Assembly: GCA_035267645.1 (NCBI GenBank)
Contig: DATFLN010000034.1
Location: forward strand, 28,101-92,100
Length of the DNA stretch: 64,000 bases
Source: Gemmatimonadota bacterium
Lineage (GTDB): Bacteria > Gemmatimonadota > Gemmatimonadetes > Palauibacterales > Palauibacteraceae
Direction of reading: 5' to 3'
The notes under the pieces are model-generated. The model worked only from the letters and a program-made list of their open reading frames with translations, ran no database searches and was not told where the DNA came from. Numbering within the stretch: the stretch's first letter is position 1; every line of letters starts with the position of its first letter. This document shows positions 49,970 to 60,454 of this stretch, one piece after another. The translations under genes and the position numbers were made by a program.

Positions 49970-51688
49970 TCAGGGCCCGACGGTGAAGGTCATCTTCATG
50001 CCCGTCTCCAGGTGCTCGGCAATGTGGCAGTGCGCCAGCCAGGTGCCCGGATTGGACGCGTCCATGAGGATGACGACCGTGCTCCCGACCGGGACCAGGA
50101 CCGTGTCCTTCCAGGCCAGGTTGTCGGACGGAACCCCGTCGCGGGACAGCACCAGGAATCGCTGCCCGTGGAAGTGGATGGGGTGGTTCATCGGGTGCAT
50201 GGACGTCGGGTCGTTGTGGATCCGGATCTTCACGACCGAGCCGGTCTCGAAGTGCCACCCGATGTCCATGTTCTCCCGGCCGGTGTCCGGGTCGCGCAGG
50301 ATCCAGCGCGCCTCGTGTCCGGTCGAGATCCAGTTCATCTTCGGCATCCCGTCGTTCCATTCGACGGGCGGATAGTACATCGTGTCCGACGCCATGAGAG
50401 TCTGCACCCGGCCCGGCAGACCCTGGATGTTCACCGTGAGCTCGAGCCGCTTGTCGACCGGCTCGTCGAAGTACTTCCGGTAGCTCTCGATGTCCGCCGT
50501 GACGGAGTCGCGCGAGTGGAGGGTGCCGAACGTGTCCGCGTGGTCCTCGTCCGTGGGCTGTCCGGTCACGTGGACCGTGCCCAGGGTGTCGACCTCGGGG
50601 AAGAAGGTCCCCTTCACGTGGTTGATCGCCTGGACCCGGTTCACGATCGGGTAGGTGCCGGCCGAGTCGTAGCGCACCTCCGCCACGTAGCGCTGGGCCA
50701 CGGCGATCGGGATGCTCTCCACCCACTCCTCGCGCTCGAAGGGACCGATGTCGGCGCCCACCAGCTTCGTCTTCCCGCCCTCGAACACCACGTTGTAGGT
50801 GCGCGTGGGCGAGACATCGGTCAGGTAGAAGCGGACCACGTCCCCGCGGTGCACCTCCAGCCGATAGTCGGGCTCGCCGTTCACCAGGAAGAGGTTCCCG
50901 AACCGACCCATGATCGCGAAATCGGCCGTCTCCTTCCCGTACGGGAAGAGGCCGTGCCGGTCGAAGAGGACGTCGTTGAGGATGAGCGGCGCTTCCCGGT
51001 TGACCGGGTTGTTGAATCCGTAGATCGGAGAGTCGACGATCTCGTTTCCGTAGAGGCCCGCGTTGATCTCGATGTCCCCACGCACGTGCGGGTGGTACCA
51101 GTAGACGCCGGCGTCGGGGAAGTGCACGTGGTAGACGAAGTCGCCGCCCGGCGGCACGGGGTCCTGCGTGACGTTCGGCACGCCGTCGTAGGGATTGTCG
51201 ATCCTGAGGCCGTGCCAGTGGACGGTCGAGGCGAGGTCCAGCCGGTTGTGGAAGCGGACGACGATGGTGGCGTCGCGCTTCACGCGGATCAGGGGCCCCG
51301 GGTACTGCCGGTTGAACGCGTACATGACGACCGTCTTGCCCCGGAGCGCGCGCCGGACGAGACCGGCGGTGAGGTCGAGCGTGTCGCCGTCCGCGAGACG
51401 CAGGACCTCGTTCGGCTTCGCCTCGGGGAGGGTCGACGGGTCGACGCCCTCGCCGGGGAGCCACGGTGTGACCGAGGGCCGCTCGCTCTCCAGGCCCAGC
51501 CGCATGTTCATGCCGTGCTGCATGGGTGGCGGACGGCGCAGGACCTCCGCCGTGTCCCGGCTCGCCGTCCCGTCCTGCGCCCGGAGCGTCCCGGACGCGG
51601 CCGGGAGCGCCAGGAGGACGGCCGCGAGGGCGAGCGCCAGCGCGCTCCCCGCGGACGGCACCTCGGCTGTGGGGTGGGACGTCAGCAC
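49970..51688 (-). CDS. Multicopper oxidase (CopA/laccase-like)
   Basis: Copper-binding motifs HWHG and HPIHFHG, plus HCHIAEHLETGMKM at the C-terminus. Signal peptide present. Confidence 0.85.
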   Translation of the reverse strand: MLTSHPTAEVPSAGSALALALAAVLLALPAASGTLRAQDGTASRDTAEVLRRPPPMQHGMNMRLGLESERPSVTPWLPGEGVDPSTLPEAKPNEVLRLADGDTLDLTAGLVRRALRGKTVVMYAFNRQYPGPLIRVKRDATIVVRFHNRLDLASTVHWHGLRIDNPYDGVPNVTQDPVPPGGDFVYHVHFPDAGVYWYHPHVRGDIEINAGLYGNEIVDSPIYGFNNPVNREAPLILNDVLFDRHGLFPYGKETADFAIMGRFGNLFLVNGEPDYRLEVHRGDVVRFYLTDVSPTRTYNVVFEGGKTKLVGADIGPFEREEWVESIPIAVAQRYVAEVRYDSAGTYPIVNRVQAINHVKGTFFPEVDTLGTVHVTGQPTDEDHADTFGTLHSRDSVTADIESYRKYFDEPVDKRLELTVNIQGLPGRVQTLMASDTMYYPPVEWNDGMPKMNWISTGHEARWILRDPDTGRENMDIGWHFETGSVVKIRIHNDPTSMHPMNHPIHFHGQRFLVLSRDGVPSDNLAWKDTVLVPVGSTVVILMDASNPGTWLAHCHIAEHLETGMKMTFTVGP

Positions 51689-52287
51689 GGCGGCATGCCG
51701 CCGTTCAGGAGGGGCTCGGTGAGCATGTTCTTCATCTGTCCGCTGGGCGAGAGTCCCTGGAGGAGGATGGGGCCGGACTTCTCCGTGACGTCCGCCGAGG
51801 GCTCGGCGGTCACGAACACCAGGAACTTCTCGTACGCCAGCTCCCCCGAGGCCGTGCCGTCGGTCCCGACGGCGCCGATCTTCCGGACGGAGCCGAGGTC
51901 CGCCGGAGCGGCCCAGGCCACGTAGGCCGAGTAGCTCCCGAGGCTCGACGGATCGGGCAGCCCACGCACCTGCACCTGGACGGAGAAGCGGTGGTGACCG
52001 TCGGCCGTCACGGACACGCCGAACAGCGTGGAGGCCGGCCGGAGGAGGGCGCTGCCCCCCGCGCCGCCGGCCCGGCTCGTCGGCTTGAGGTCGATGCGGT
52101 AGAGCGGGGGTCGGGCCGTCGCGCCGCAGGCGGCCGGCGCGAGCCGCGAGTGGGGTAACGCGGGCGCGTGCTCGGCTCCGGCGGAGGTCGGGTCTGACGG
52201 CCCCGAGCGGGTGGCCGGGGCGGCGGCCGGGGCCAGCCCGAGCAGCGCGAGCAGGACGAGTGCCGGGACCGCGCTCCTCAGCCTCAT
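51682..52287 (-). CDS. Small secreted hypothetical protein with a Met-rich C-terminus, overlapping the start of the multicopper oxidase
   Basis: ATG at 52287 (MRLRSAVPALVLLALLGLAPAAA, a signal peptide). The C-terminus reads GQMKNMLTEPLLNGGMPPC. A 7-nt overlap with the downstream multicopper oxidase start implies co-translation. Confidence 0.45.
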   Translation of the reverse strand: MRLRSAVPALVLLALLGLAPAAAPATRSGPSDPTSAGAEHAPALPHSRLAPAACGATARPPLYRIDLKPTSRAGGAGGSALLRPASTLFGVSVTADGHHRFSVQVQVRGLPDPSSLGSYSAYVAWAAPADLGSVRKIGAVGTDGTASGELAYEKFLVFVTAEPSADVTEKSGPILLQGLSPSGQMKNMLTEPLLNGGMPPC

Positions 52288-52573
52288 CGCGCGCCTCCGG
52301 CGAGCTCCGTCACATCCACTCTTCTCCTTGGTCCGTGGCATCCCTTCCGTCGCGCTCGGCCGTCCACCCCCGCGGCGTGGAGCCGGAGGTCCAGTGGCCG
52401 ACGACGCCCACCGGGCGCGCCACGCGGCGAGAGGGATAATCGATTGTACACGGCATACCAACCCTATCCGCCGTCCCGCCGGGCGTCAAGCGGCCGGGAC
52501 CGGGGGGGCGGCACCCAGCGAGCCCCGGGATGGCGGGACGGACGCCGGGGCGTGGTCCATGGCGGGGGCAGGG

Positions 52574-52602
52574 TTGACATGCCGAAGGGCCGACCGTACG
52601 CT
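52574..52602 (+). promoter_or_regulatory. Sigma70-like promoter (TTGACA, 17 nt spacer, TACGCT) about 200 nt upstream of the second SusC gene
   Basis: ttgaca at 52574-52579 and tacgct at 52597-52602. Same architecture and leader length as at the first SusC. Confidence 0.35.
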
Positions 52603-52691
52603 GGGTGCCATATGCCGTATACAGACGACAGTTTGACCTGTTCCCGCCCACTCCGCCCCGCGGTCACCGTGCGGGGCCGACCGTCATAGAT

Positions 52692-52717
52692 CCCGGCCGG
52701 GGGCATGCCCCCGGCCG
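52692..52717. repeat. Perfect 26-nt palindrome in the SusC-2 5' leader
   Basis: ccggccgggggcatgcccccggccgg is identical to its reverse complement. It lies about 90 nt upstream of the SusC-2 start codon, downstream of the predicted promoter. Confidence 0.6.
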
Positions 52718-52808
52718 GCCGAGGTCCGTGAACTTCCCGACTCCGAGACCGGACCGAGACGTCCGCCCAGCCCGCCGCGCGGGAAATCTCCACGATGGAG
52801 GACGAGAG

Positions 52809-55799
52809 ATGCGAGCATCGTTCGATCCATGGCGTTGCATGATGGCCCTGGCGCTCGGCCTGGCCCTGATCGCGCTTCCGGCCCGGAGCTCCGCCCAGGG
52901 GACCCGGGTGATCACGGGGCGCGTCACCGACGCGACCACGGCGCAGCCGATCGGGTCCGTGCAGGTCACGGTGGCCGGCAGCCAGGTGGGCGTGATCGCC
53001 GAGCAGGACGGCACGTTCCGCCTGAGGGTTCCCGACGGCCCGGCCCAGCTGGCGTTCCAGCTCATCGGCTACCGGCGCAAGACCGTGAACGTCCCGGCCG
53101 GACAGTCGACCGTGAACGTGAGCCTGGCACAGGACGTCCTGGGCATGGAGGAGATCGTCGTCACCGGGCGCGCCACCGGCGTGGAGCGCCGGAACCTGGC
53201 CAACGCGGTCTCGACGCTCAGCTCGGCGCAGCTGGTCGAGGACGCGCCGGCGCCCGCCACCGTGGAGAACGCCCTGTACGGCAAGGTCCCGGGCGCCACG
53301 GTGAGCAAGTTCAGCGGCGCGCCGGGCGGCGGCCTCAGCATCGAGCTGCGGGGCGTGAGCTCCATCATCGGCAGCTCGCAGCCCCTGTACGTGGTGGACG
53401 GGGTGATCGTGAACAACGCTCAGCTCCCGTCGGGGCAGGCCGGGCTGGTCCGCGCGGCCGACCGGAGCCCCCAGGAGCACGAGAGCAACTCGGCCAACCG
53501 CATCTCCGACCTCAACTCCGACGACATCGAGAGCATCCAGGTCCTGAAGGGCCCCTCGGCCGCTGCGATCTACGGCGCGGCGGCCAGCAACGGCGTCGTC
53601 CTCATCACGACCAAGCACGGGAAGTTCGGGGGGAGCCAGCGCTGGCGCTTCAGCCAGACGGCGGGCGTGCCCTGGATGGCCAACAAGATCGGGCTTCGCA
53701 GGTTCGACTCGCAGGCGGCCGCGGTCGACGCCTTCGGTCCGCGGGCGGCCGACTTCTGGCAGCCCGGCGCGTTCTTCGACCACGAGCAGGAGCTGGCCGG
53801 CAACAAGCCGCTGAGCTTCGAGTCGAACCTCTCCGTCTCCGGCGGGCTGGACAACACGTCCTACTACATGTCCGGCCTCGGCAAGTACGACGGCGGGATC
53901 GTCACCAACACGGGCTACGAGAAGGAGAGCGTCCGCCTCAACCTGGGCAAGAAGCTGGGATCGCTGGCCCAGCTCTCCATCAACAGCAACTACATCCGCT
54001 CCAAGACGCGCCGCGGGATCACGAACAACGACAACCGCAGCATCAGCTACTGGATGACGATGCCGTCGTCGCCGTCCTTCGTGGACCTGCGGCCGAACGC
54101 GGACGGCACCTTCCCGGACAACCCGTTCTCGCGCTCGAACCCCCTGCAGACGGCGGCCCTGGTCGACAAGTCGGAGCTCATCAACCGCTTCATCGGCTCG
54201 GGCACCCTGGACCTGACGCCGGTGGACGGTGAGACGCAGAACCTGAAGGTCACCCTCACGGGCGGGATCGACTGGTTCGACCACACCGGGAAGCTCTACT
54301 CGGCGCCCGACCTCCAGTACGAGCAGACGCTGGGGCAGCCCGGCACCTCCACGAACGTGGGCGGGACCAGCCTGTTCACGAACGCCGGGCTGCACGTGAT
54401 CCACACGCTGTACCGGGGGAACCTGCAGGCCACGACCTCCGCGGGCGTCGACTACCAGCGGCGCGATGCGGACATGGTCATGAACACGGCCAACAACCTC
54501 ATCGACGGCCTCTCGAACGTCGACAAGGGGACGAACACCACCGTCACGGAGTACCGCGAGCGGACCGAGGACTTCGGCTTCTTCGGCCAGGAGGAGGTCC
54601 TGATCTCGCAGAAGCTCCTTCTCACGGCGGGGATCCGCGGGGACCAGAGCAGCGGTGACGCGGACCCGACCAGGATCTTCTGGTATCCCAAGGCCTCGGC
54701 GTCCTATCGGTTCACCGGGCTGCCCAGCCCCCTGGCGGAGATCAAGCTCCGCGCCGCCTACGGGCAGTCGGGCAACGAGCCCGGGTACGGGCAGAAGTTC
54801 AGCCTGCTGGCCGGGTCCAACTACAGCGGCCTCCAGAGCCTGCAGCTCTCCGGCTCGACGGCCGCCAGCGACCTCCGCCCCGAGCGGCAGACCGAGTACG
54901 AGGGCGGGCTGGACATCACCTTCGTGGACGAGCGGGCGCAGCTCTCGTTGACCGCCTACCAGCAGGACATCTCCGACCTCCTGGTCCGGCGCAACCTGCC
55001 GGGCTCGACGGGCTACAACGTCCTGTTCTTCAACGGCGGGAAGATGCGCCAGCGCGGCATCGAGGCGGACCTGACCGCGGTGCCGGTGCGCACCTCGACG
55101 CTGGACTGGACCGCGCGGACCACGTTCTCGCTGAACCGCTCCAAGGTCACCCAGCTCACCGTGCCCCCGTTCCGGCCGCCCAACAACTTCGGCGGCCTCG
55201 GGTCCTTCCTCATCGAGGAGGGCTCCGATCCGACCGAGTGGATCGGGAACGACACGCTGTCGGACGGCTCGATCGCGCAGGACCAGCGGCTCGGCCGCTC
55301 GCGTCCGTCCTTCCAGGTGGGCTTCTCGAACGACGTGCGGTGGAAGAGCCTGACCCTGCACGCGCTCCTGGACTGGAAGCAGGGCTTCCGGGTGGCCAAC
55401 CTCACCGGCTGGTTGTTCGACCTGAGCAAGAACCGCTGGGACTTCGCCAATCCCTGCAACGACCCCGCCTGCCAGCCGGGCGAGACGCTGGGGGAGATGC
55501 GGCTCCGGCTCTATCCGAGCCGTGTCACGAAGATCTGGCTGGAGGACGCCTCCTTCCTCAAGCTCCGCGAGCTGTCGCTGTCCTGGCGCGTCCCCTCCTC
55601 CCTCCTCGGCTCGATCTGGGGTCAGATCCGGAGCGCGCGGGTCACCCTGAGCGGCCGGGACCTGTTGCGCTTCACCGGCTACAGCGGCATGGACCCGGAG
55701 GTGTCGAACTGGGGCCTGGAGTCCATCAGCACCGGACAGGACGTGGCCCCGTATCCGCCGAGCCGCAGCGTGTGGCTCACCCTCAACCTGAGCCTCTGA
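52809..55799 (+). CDS. TonB-dependent outer-membrane receptor, SusC/RagA type (second copy)
   Basis: ATG at 52809 (MRASFDPWRCMMALALGLALIALPARSSAQ). A carboxypeptidase-regulatory-like domain (TRVITGRVTDATTAQPIGSVQVTVAGSQVGV), a plug and a barrel. Colinear with the first SusC; identity looks about 45% by eye. Confidence 0.85.
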   Translation: MRASFDPWRCMMALALGLALIALPARSSAQGTRVITGRVTDATTAQPIGSVQVTVAGSQVGVIAEQDGTFRLRVPDGPAQLAFQLIGYRRKTVNVPAGQSTVNVSLAQDVLGMEEIVVTGRATGVERRNLANAVSTLSSAQLVEDAPAPATVENALYGKVPGATVSKFSGAPGGGLSIELRGVSSIIGSSQPLYVVDGVIVNNAQLPSGQAGLVRAADRSPQEHESNSANRISDLNSDDIESIQVLKGPSAAAIYGAAASNGVVLITTKHGKFGGSQRWRFSQTAGVPWMANKIGLRRFDSQAAAVDAFGPRAADFWQPGAFFDHEQELAGNKPLSFESNLSVSGGLDNTSYYMSGLGKYDGGIVTNTGYEKESVRLNLGKKLGSLAQLSINSNYIRSKTRRGITNNDNRSISYWMTMPSSPSFVDLRPNADGTFPDNPFSRSNPLQTAALVDKSELINRFIGSGTLDLTPVDGETQNLKVTLTGGIDWFDHTGKLYSAPDLQYEQTLGQPGTSTNVGGTSLFTNAGLHVIHTLYRGNLQATTSAGVDYQRRDADMVMNTANNLIDGLSNVDKGTNTTVTEYRERTEDFGFFGQEEVLISQKLLLTAGIRGDQSSGDADPTRIFWYPKASASYRFTGLPSPLAEIKLRAAYGQSGNEPGYGQKFSLLAGSNYSGLQSLQLSGSTAASDLRPERQTEYEGGLDITFVDERAQLSLTAYQQDISDLLVRRNLPGSTGYNVLFFNGGKMRQRGIEADLTAVPVRTSTLDWTARTTFSLNRSKVTQLTVPPFRPPNNFGGLGSFLIEEGSDPTEWIGNDTLSDGSIAQDQRLGRSRPSFQVGFSNDVRWKSLTLHALLDWKQGFRVANLTGWLFDLSKNRWDFANPCNDPACQPGETLGEMRLRLYPSRVTKIWLEDASFLKLRELSLSWRVPSSLLGSIWGQIRSARVTLSGRDLLRFTGYSGMDPEVSNWGLESISTGQDVAPYPPSRSVWLTLNLSL

Positions 55800-55812
55800 G
55801 GAGGAGGAGATC

Positions 55813-57195
55813 ATGACCTTCGCCAGCCAAGCCGGACGAAAGGCCCGGATCGGACTCCTGCTCCTCGTGGGTCTGGCCGCGGGATGTCAGAGCCTGGAGG
55901 CGCCCTCGTTCAACGATCCGAGCCAGCAGAACCTCACGAGCTCTCCGGACCGCGCCGCCATCGCGGGGGCCGCCATCGGCCTCGTGCAGAGCGAGCGCGG
56001 CAACTGGAGGGGCGACTTCATCGACAACCTGGGAGTGCAGGGGCGCGAGGTGTACAACCTCAGGCCGGAGGAGCCGAGGACGATCACCCAGCGCCTGGTG
56101 GGCCCGCTCCTCCCCACCTACCACAACTTCTGGGACGCGCAGTACTCGCTGATCCGGAACGGCTTCACGCTGCTCCACGCCGCGGACGCCTCGGACCTGG
56201 CCGACGCGGACAAGAACGCCGTGCGGGGCTTCGCGCGGACGTTCATGGCCGAGGCCTTCTGGGAGGTCATCGCCATGCACGACCCGTTGCCGGTCCCGAT
56301 GGACGTGGACCGGGACCCGGCCGGCGACCTGGCGCCGCTCGTGCCGAGCGATCAGGCGTACGAGCAGGTCCTTTCGATGCTGGACCAGGCCGCCCAGGAG
56401 CTGGGCTCGGCGGGCAGCGCCTTCCCCTTCGACCTGCCGCCCGGGTTCTCGGGCTTCGACACGCCGACGACGTTCCTGATGGTGAACCGGGCCCTCAAGG
56501 TGCGGGTCCTGAAGTACCAGGGGCGCTGGAACGATGTGCTGACCACGCTGCCGAGCACCTTCATGGACTCGACGGCGGACTTCCAGGAGGGCGTCTACTT
56601 CGACTACAGCACCCAGTCGGGTGACGCGATCAACACGCTGGCGCAGCAGCGCGGCTCGAACATGTTCGCCCACCCGAGGCTGTGGCGGGACGCGCAGCTC
56701 CAGGGCAGCGGAGACAGGGACGCCCGGGCGCTGCGCTACCTGAGCCAGGTGCCCGCCTACACGCTGAACGACATCACCGTGACCGAGGTGTTCAACAACT
56801 ACATGACCCTCGCGGACCCGGTGCCGTTCATCACGAACGCGGAGCTCGTGCTCATCAAGGCGGAGGCGGACTACGGCGCCGGGAACACCTCGGACGCCAT
56901 CTCCACGGTCAACGTGGTCCGGGAGAAGGACGGCGGGCTCGACCCGATCTCCGATCCCTACGGCGGGGACCTCCTGGGCGAGATCCTCTACAACAAGCGC
57001 TACTCGCTCATGTACAAGGGTGGCTTCACGTACCTGGACGCCCGGCAGTACGGGCGTACCGCCGACACGCCCGACGAGATGCCGAGGGCCCGTTCGCAGG
57101 ACCGGGTCTTCCCGCGCTACCCGTACACGGACGACGAGTGCGACGCGCGCGGCCTGGGCGACGACATCGGCTGCCAGCCGGTGGACGGCTCCTGA
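55813..57195 (+). CDS. SusD/RagB family nutrient-binding lipoprotein (second copy)
   Basis: Lipobox (LVGLAAGC). C-terminal SusD-like motif (ILYNKRYSLMYKGGFTYLDARQYGR). Adjacent to SusC-2. Confidence 0.8.
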   Translation: MTFASQAGRKARIGLLLLVGLAAGCQSLEAPSFNDPSQQNLTSSPDRAAIAGAAIGLVQSERGNWRGDFIDNLGVQGREVYNLRPEEPRTITQRLVGPLLPTYHNFWDAQYSLIRNGFTLLHAADASDLADADKNAVRGFARTFMAEAFWEVIAMHDPLPVPMDVDRDPAGDLAPLVPSDQAYEQVLSMLDQAAQELGSAGSAFPFDLPPGFSGFDTPTTFLMVNRALKVRVLKYQGRWNDVLTTLPSTFMDSTADFQEGVYFDYSTQSGDAINTLAQQRGSNMFAHPRLWRDAQLQGSGDRDARALRYLSQVPAYTLNDITVTEVFNNYMTLADPVPFITNAELVLIKAEADYGAGNTSDAISTVNVVREKDGGLDPISDPYGGDLLGEILYNKRYSLMYKGGFTYLDARQYGRTADTPDEMPRARSQDRVFPRYPYTDDECDARGLGDDIGCQPVDGS

Positions 57196-57222
57196 CGCGA
57201 GGCCCGTAGCCCCGCGGCGAGC

Positions 57223-57261
57223 GGGCCGGGGAGCCGGGGTCGTCCCCCGGCTCCCCGGCCC
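57223..57261. terminator. Bidirectional intrinsic terminator hairpin between convergent susD-2 and the S15 peptidase
   Basis: gggccggggagccgggg at 57223-57239 pairs with ccccggctccccggccc at 57245-57261. A 17-bp perfect stem with a 5-nt loop. Confidence 0.5.
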
Positions 57262-57356
57262 GCCTCGCGCGGCGGCCGGCACCGACCCGCGCCGACCGCC
57301 TCCTTCCCTGCGACGGCCCGGGCGGCCCCACGGGGCCGCCCCGAGGCCGCTCCCCG

Positions 57357-59327
<1,971 letters not shown>

Positions 59328-59430
59328 GTCGGGGCTCCGTCTCGGGGAGCGAGGGCGGCCCGCACAGGCGGGGCCGCGCGGAAGGCCGGACGCGGGCGGG
59401 TCCCGCACCGCCCCTGCGGACACGATATGC

Positions 59431-59439
59431 AGTATACCA
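59431..59439 (-). promoter_or_regulatory. Extended -10 promoter element (TGgTATACT) upstream of the S15 peptidase
   Basis: The minus-strand reading is tggtatact. An AT-rich tract (ctttgttttg, 59451-59460) lies just upstream. The site is about 100 nt 5' of the peptidase start. Confidence 0.3.
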
Positions 59440-59496
59440 CACGACGAGGGGGCAGGGCCACTTTGTTTTGCGTGCAGAAAGAGCGCGGCGGGAGCG

Positions 59497-60282
59497 TCAG
59501 CCGGGCAGGGTGCTCTTCGTCCACAGGAGGACGATCCCGCAGCCGCTCTTCGCGGACGAGAACTCGAGCGGGATCTCCGAGGCGCCGCGGTAGACCTCGA
59601 CGGCCAGGAGGTCGAAGCGGTTCAGGTCGTCGATCTCGAGCTCGGGGGCCTTCTTCCCGTCCAGGAAGAGCACCGGCTGGCAGCTCCCGGTCCCGCGGGT
59701 GAGCTCGATCCTGGCGCGGCCGAGGACCATCCGGCTCACCGAGAGGCCCGGGATGTTGCGGAGGACGTCGGAGGCCGCCTGGCTCTCGGCCACGCGCCGC
59801 TCCACGTCCGCGGGGCCGAGGAAGTGGCCCAGGCCCCGGGTCCGGCGCCGGTAGTAGCCCACGCGCTCGAGCTTCCGGTCCGAGGCCGCGCTCAGCGCCC
59901 GCCGGACGGTCACCCGGATCCCCTCGACCTGAACCACCGTGTCCTCGAGCACGAAGGTGGCATCCACCGTCGCGCCTCCGGCCAGGTGGATGGTCCCGGT
60001 CGCGGGCGCGAACCCGATCCGCCGCACCTCGAACGGGCGGTCCCCGGACGGCAGCCCCGCGATTCGGAACCGGCCCGTGCTGTCGGACACGGCCCCGAGG
60101 CGGGTACCCGGGACCAGGATCCGGGCTCCGTCCACGACGCGGCCCGTGGTGGCGGAGTAGACCCGGCCGGTCAGGATGGCCGTCGAGTCGGCCGACGGGG
60201 CCTCCTGCGCCACCGCGGGGCTCCGCGGGGCCGGGCCGGCGACCAGGGCGAGCGCGAGGATGGCGGGGGCGGCGAGCTTCAT
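59497..60282 (-). CDS. Carboxypeptidase-regulatory-like domain protein with TonB-plug-like C-terminal region (secreted)
   Basis: ATG at 60282 ([16 protein letters not shown]). A CarbPepD_reg-like domain ([44 protein letters not shown]). The C-terminus is plug-like (LRNIPGLSV...LFLDG...EVYRG). Confidence 0.55.
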   Translation of the reverse strand: MKLAAPAILALALVAGPAPRSPAVAQEAPSADSTAILTGRVYSATTGRVVDGARILVPGTRLGAVSDSTGRFRIAGLPSGDRPFEVRRIGFAPATGTIHLAGGATVDATFVLEDTVVQVEGIRVTVRRALSAASDRKLERVGYYRRRTRGLGHFLGPADVERRVAESQAASDVLRNIPGLSVSRMVLGRARIELTRGTGSCQPVLFLDGKKAPELEIDDLNRFDLLAVEVYRGASEIPLEFSSAKSGCGIVLLWTKSTLPG

Positions 60283-60454
60283 GGTCGCGTGGGAGCGGCT
60301 CCGGGGCACGTTGGGGCGGCGTCGCGCCGCGCCGGCCGCGGCGGCCGGTCGCCCGAAGCTACCCGGGCCGCGGCGCCCACGCCAGCGCCCCGGCCGGCCG
60401 CGGCGCCGGCCGGGGTCCCGCGCCGCCGCGGGCGCCGCGCGCCTCGACCCTCGC

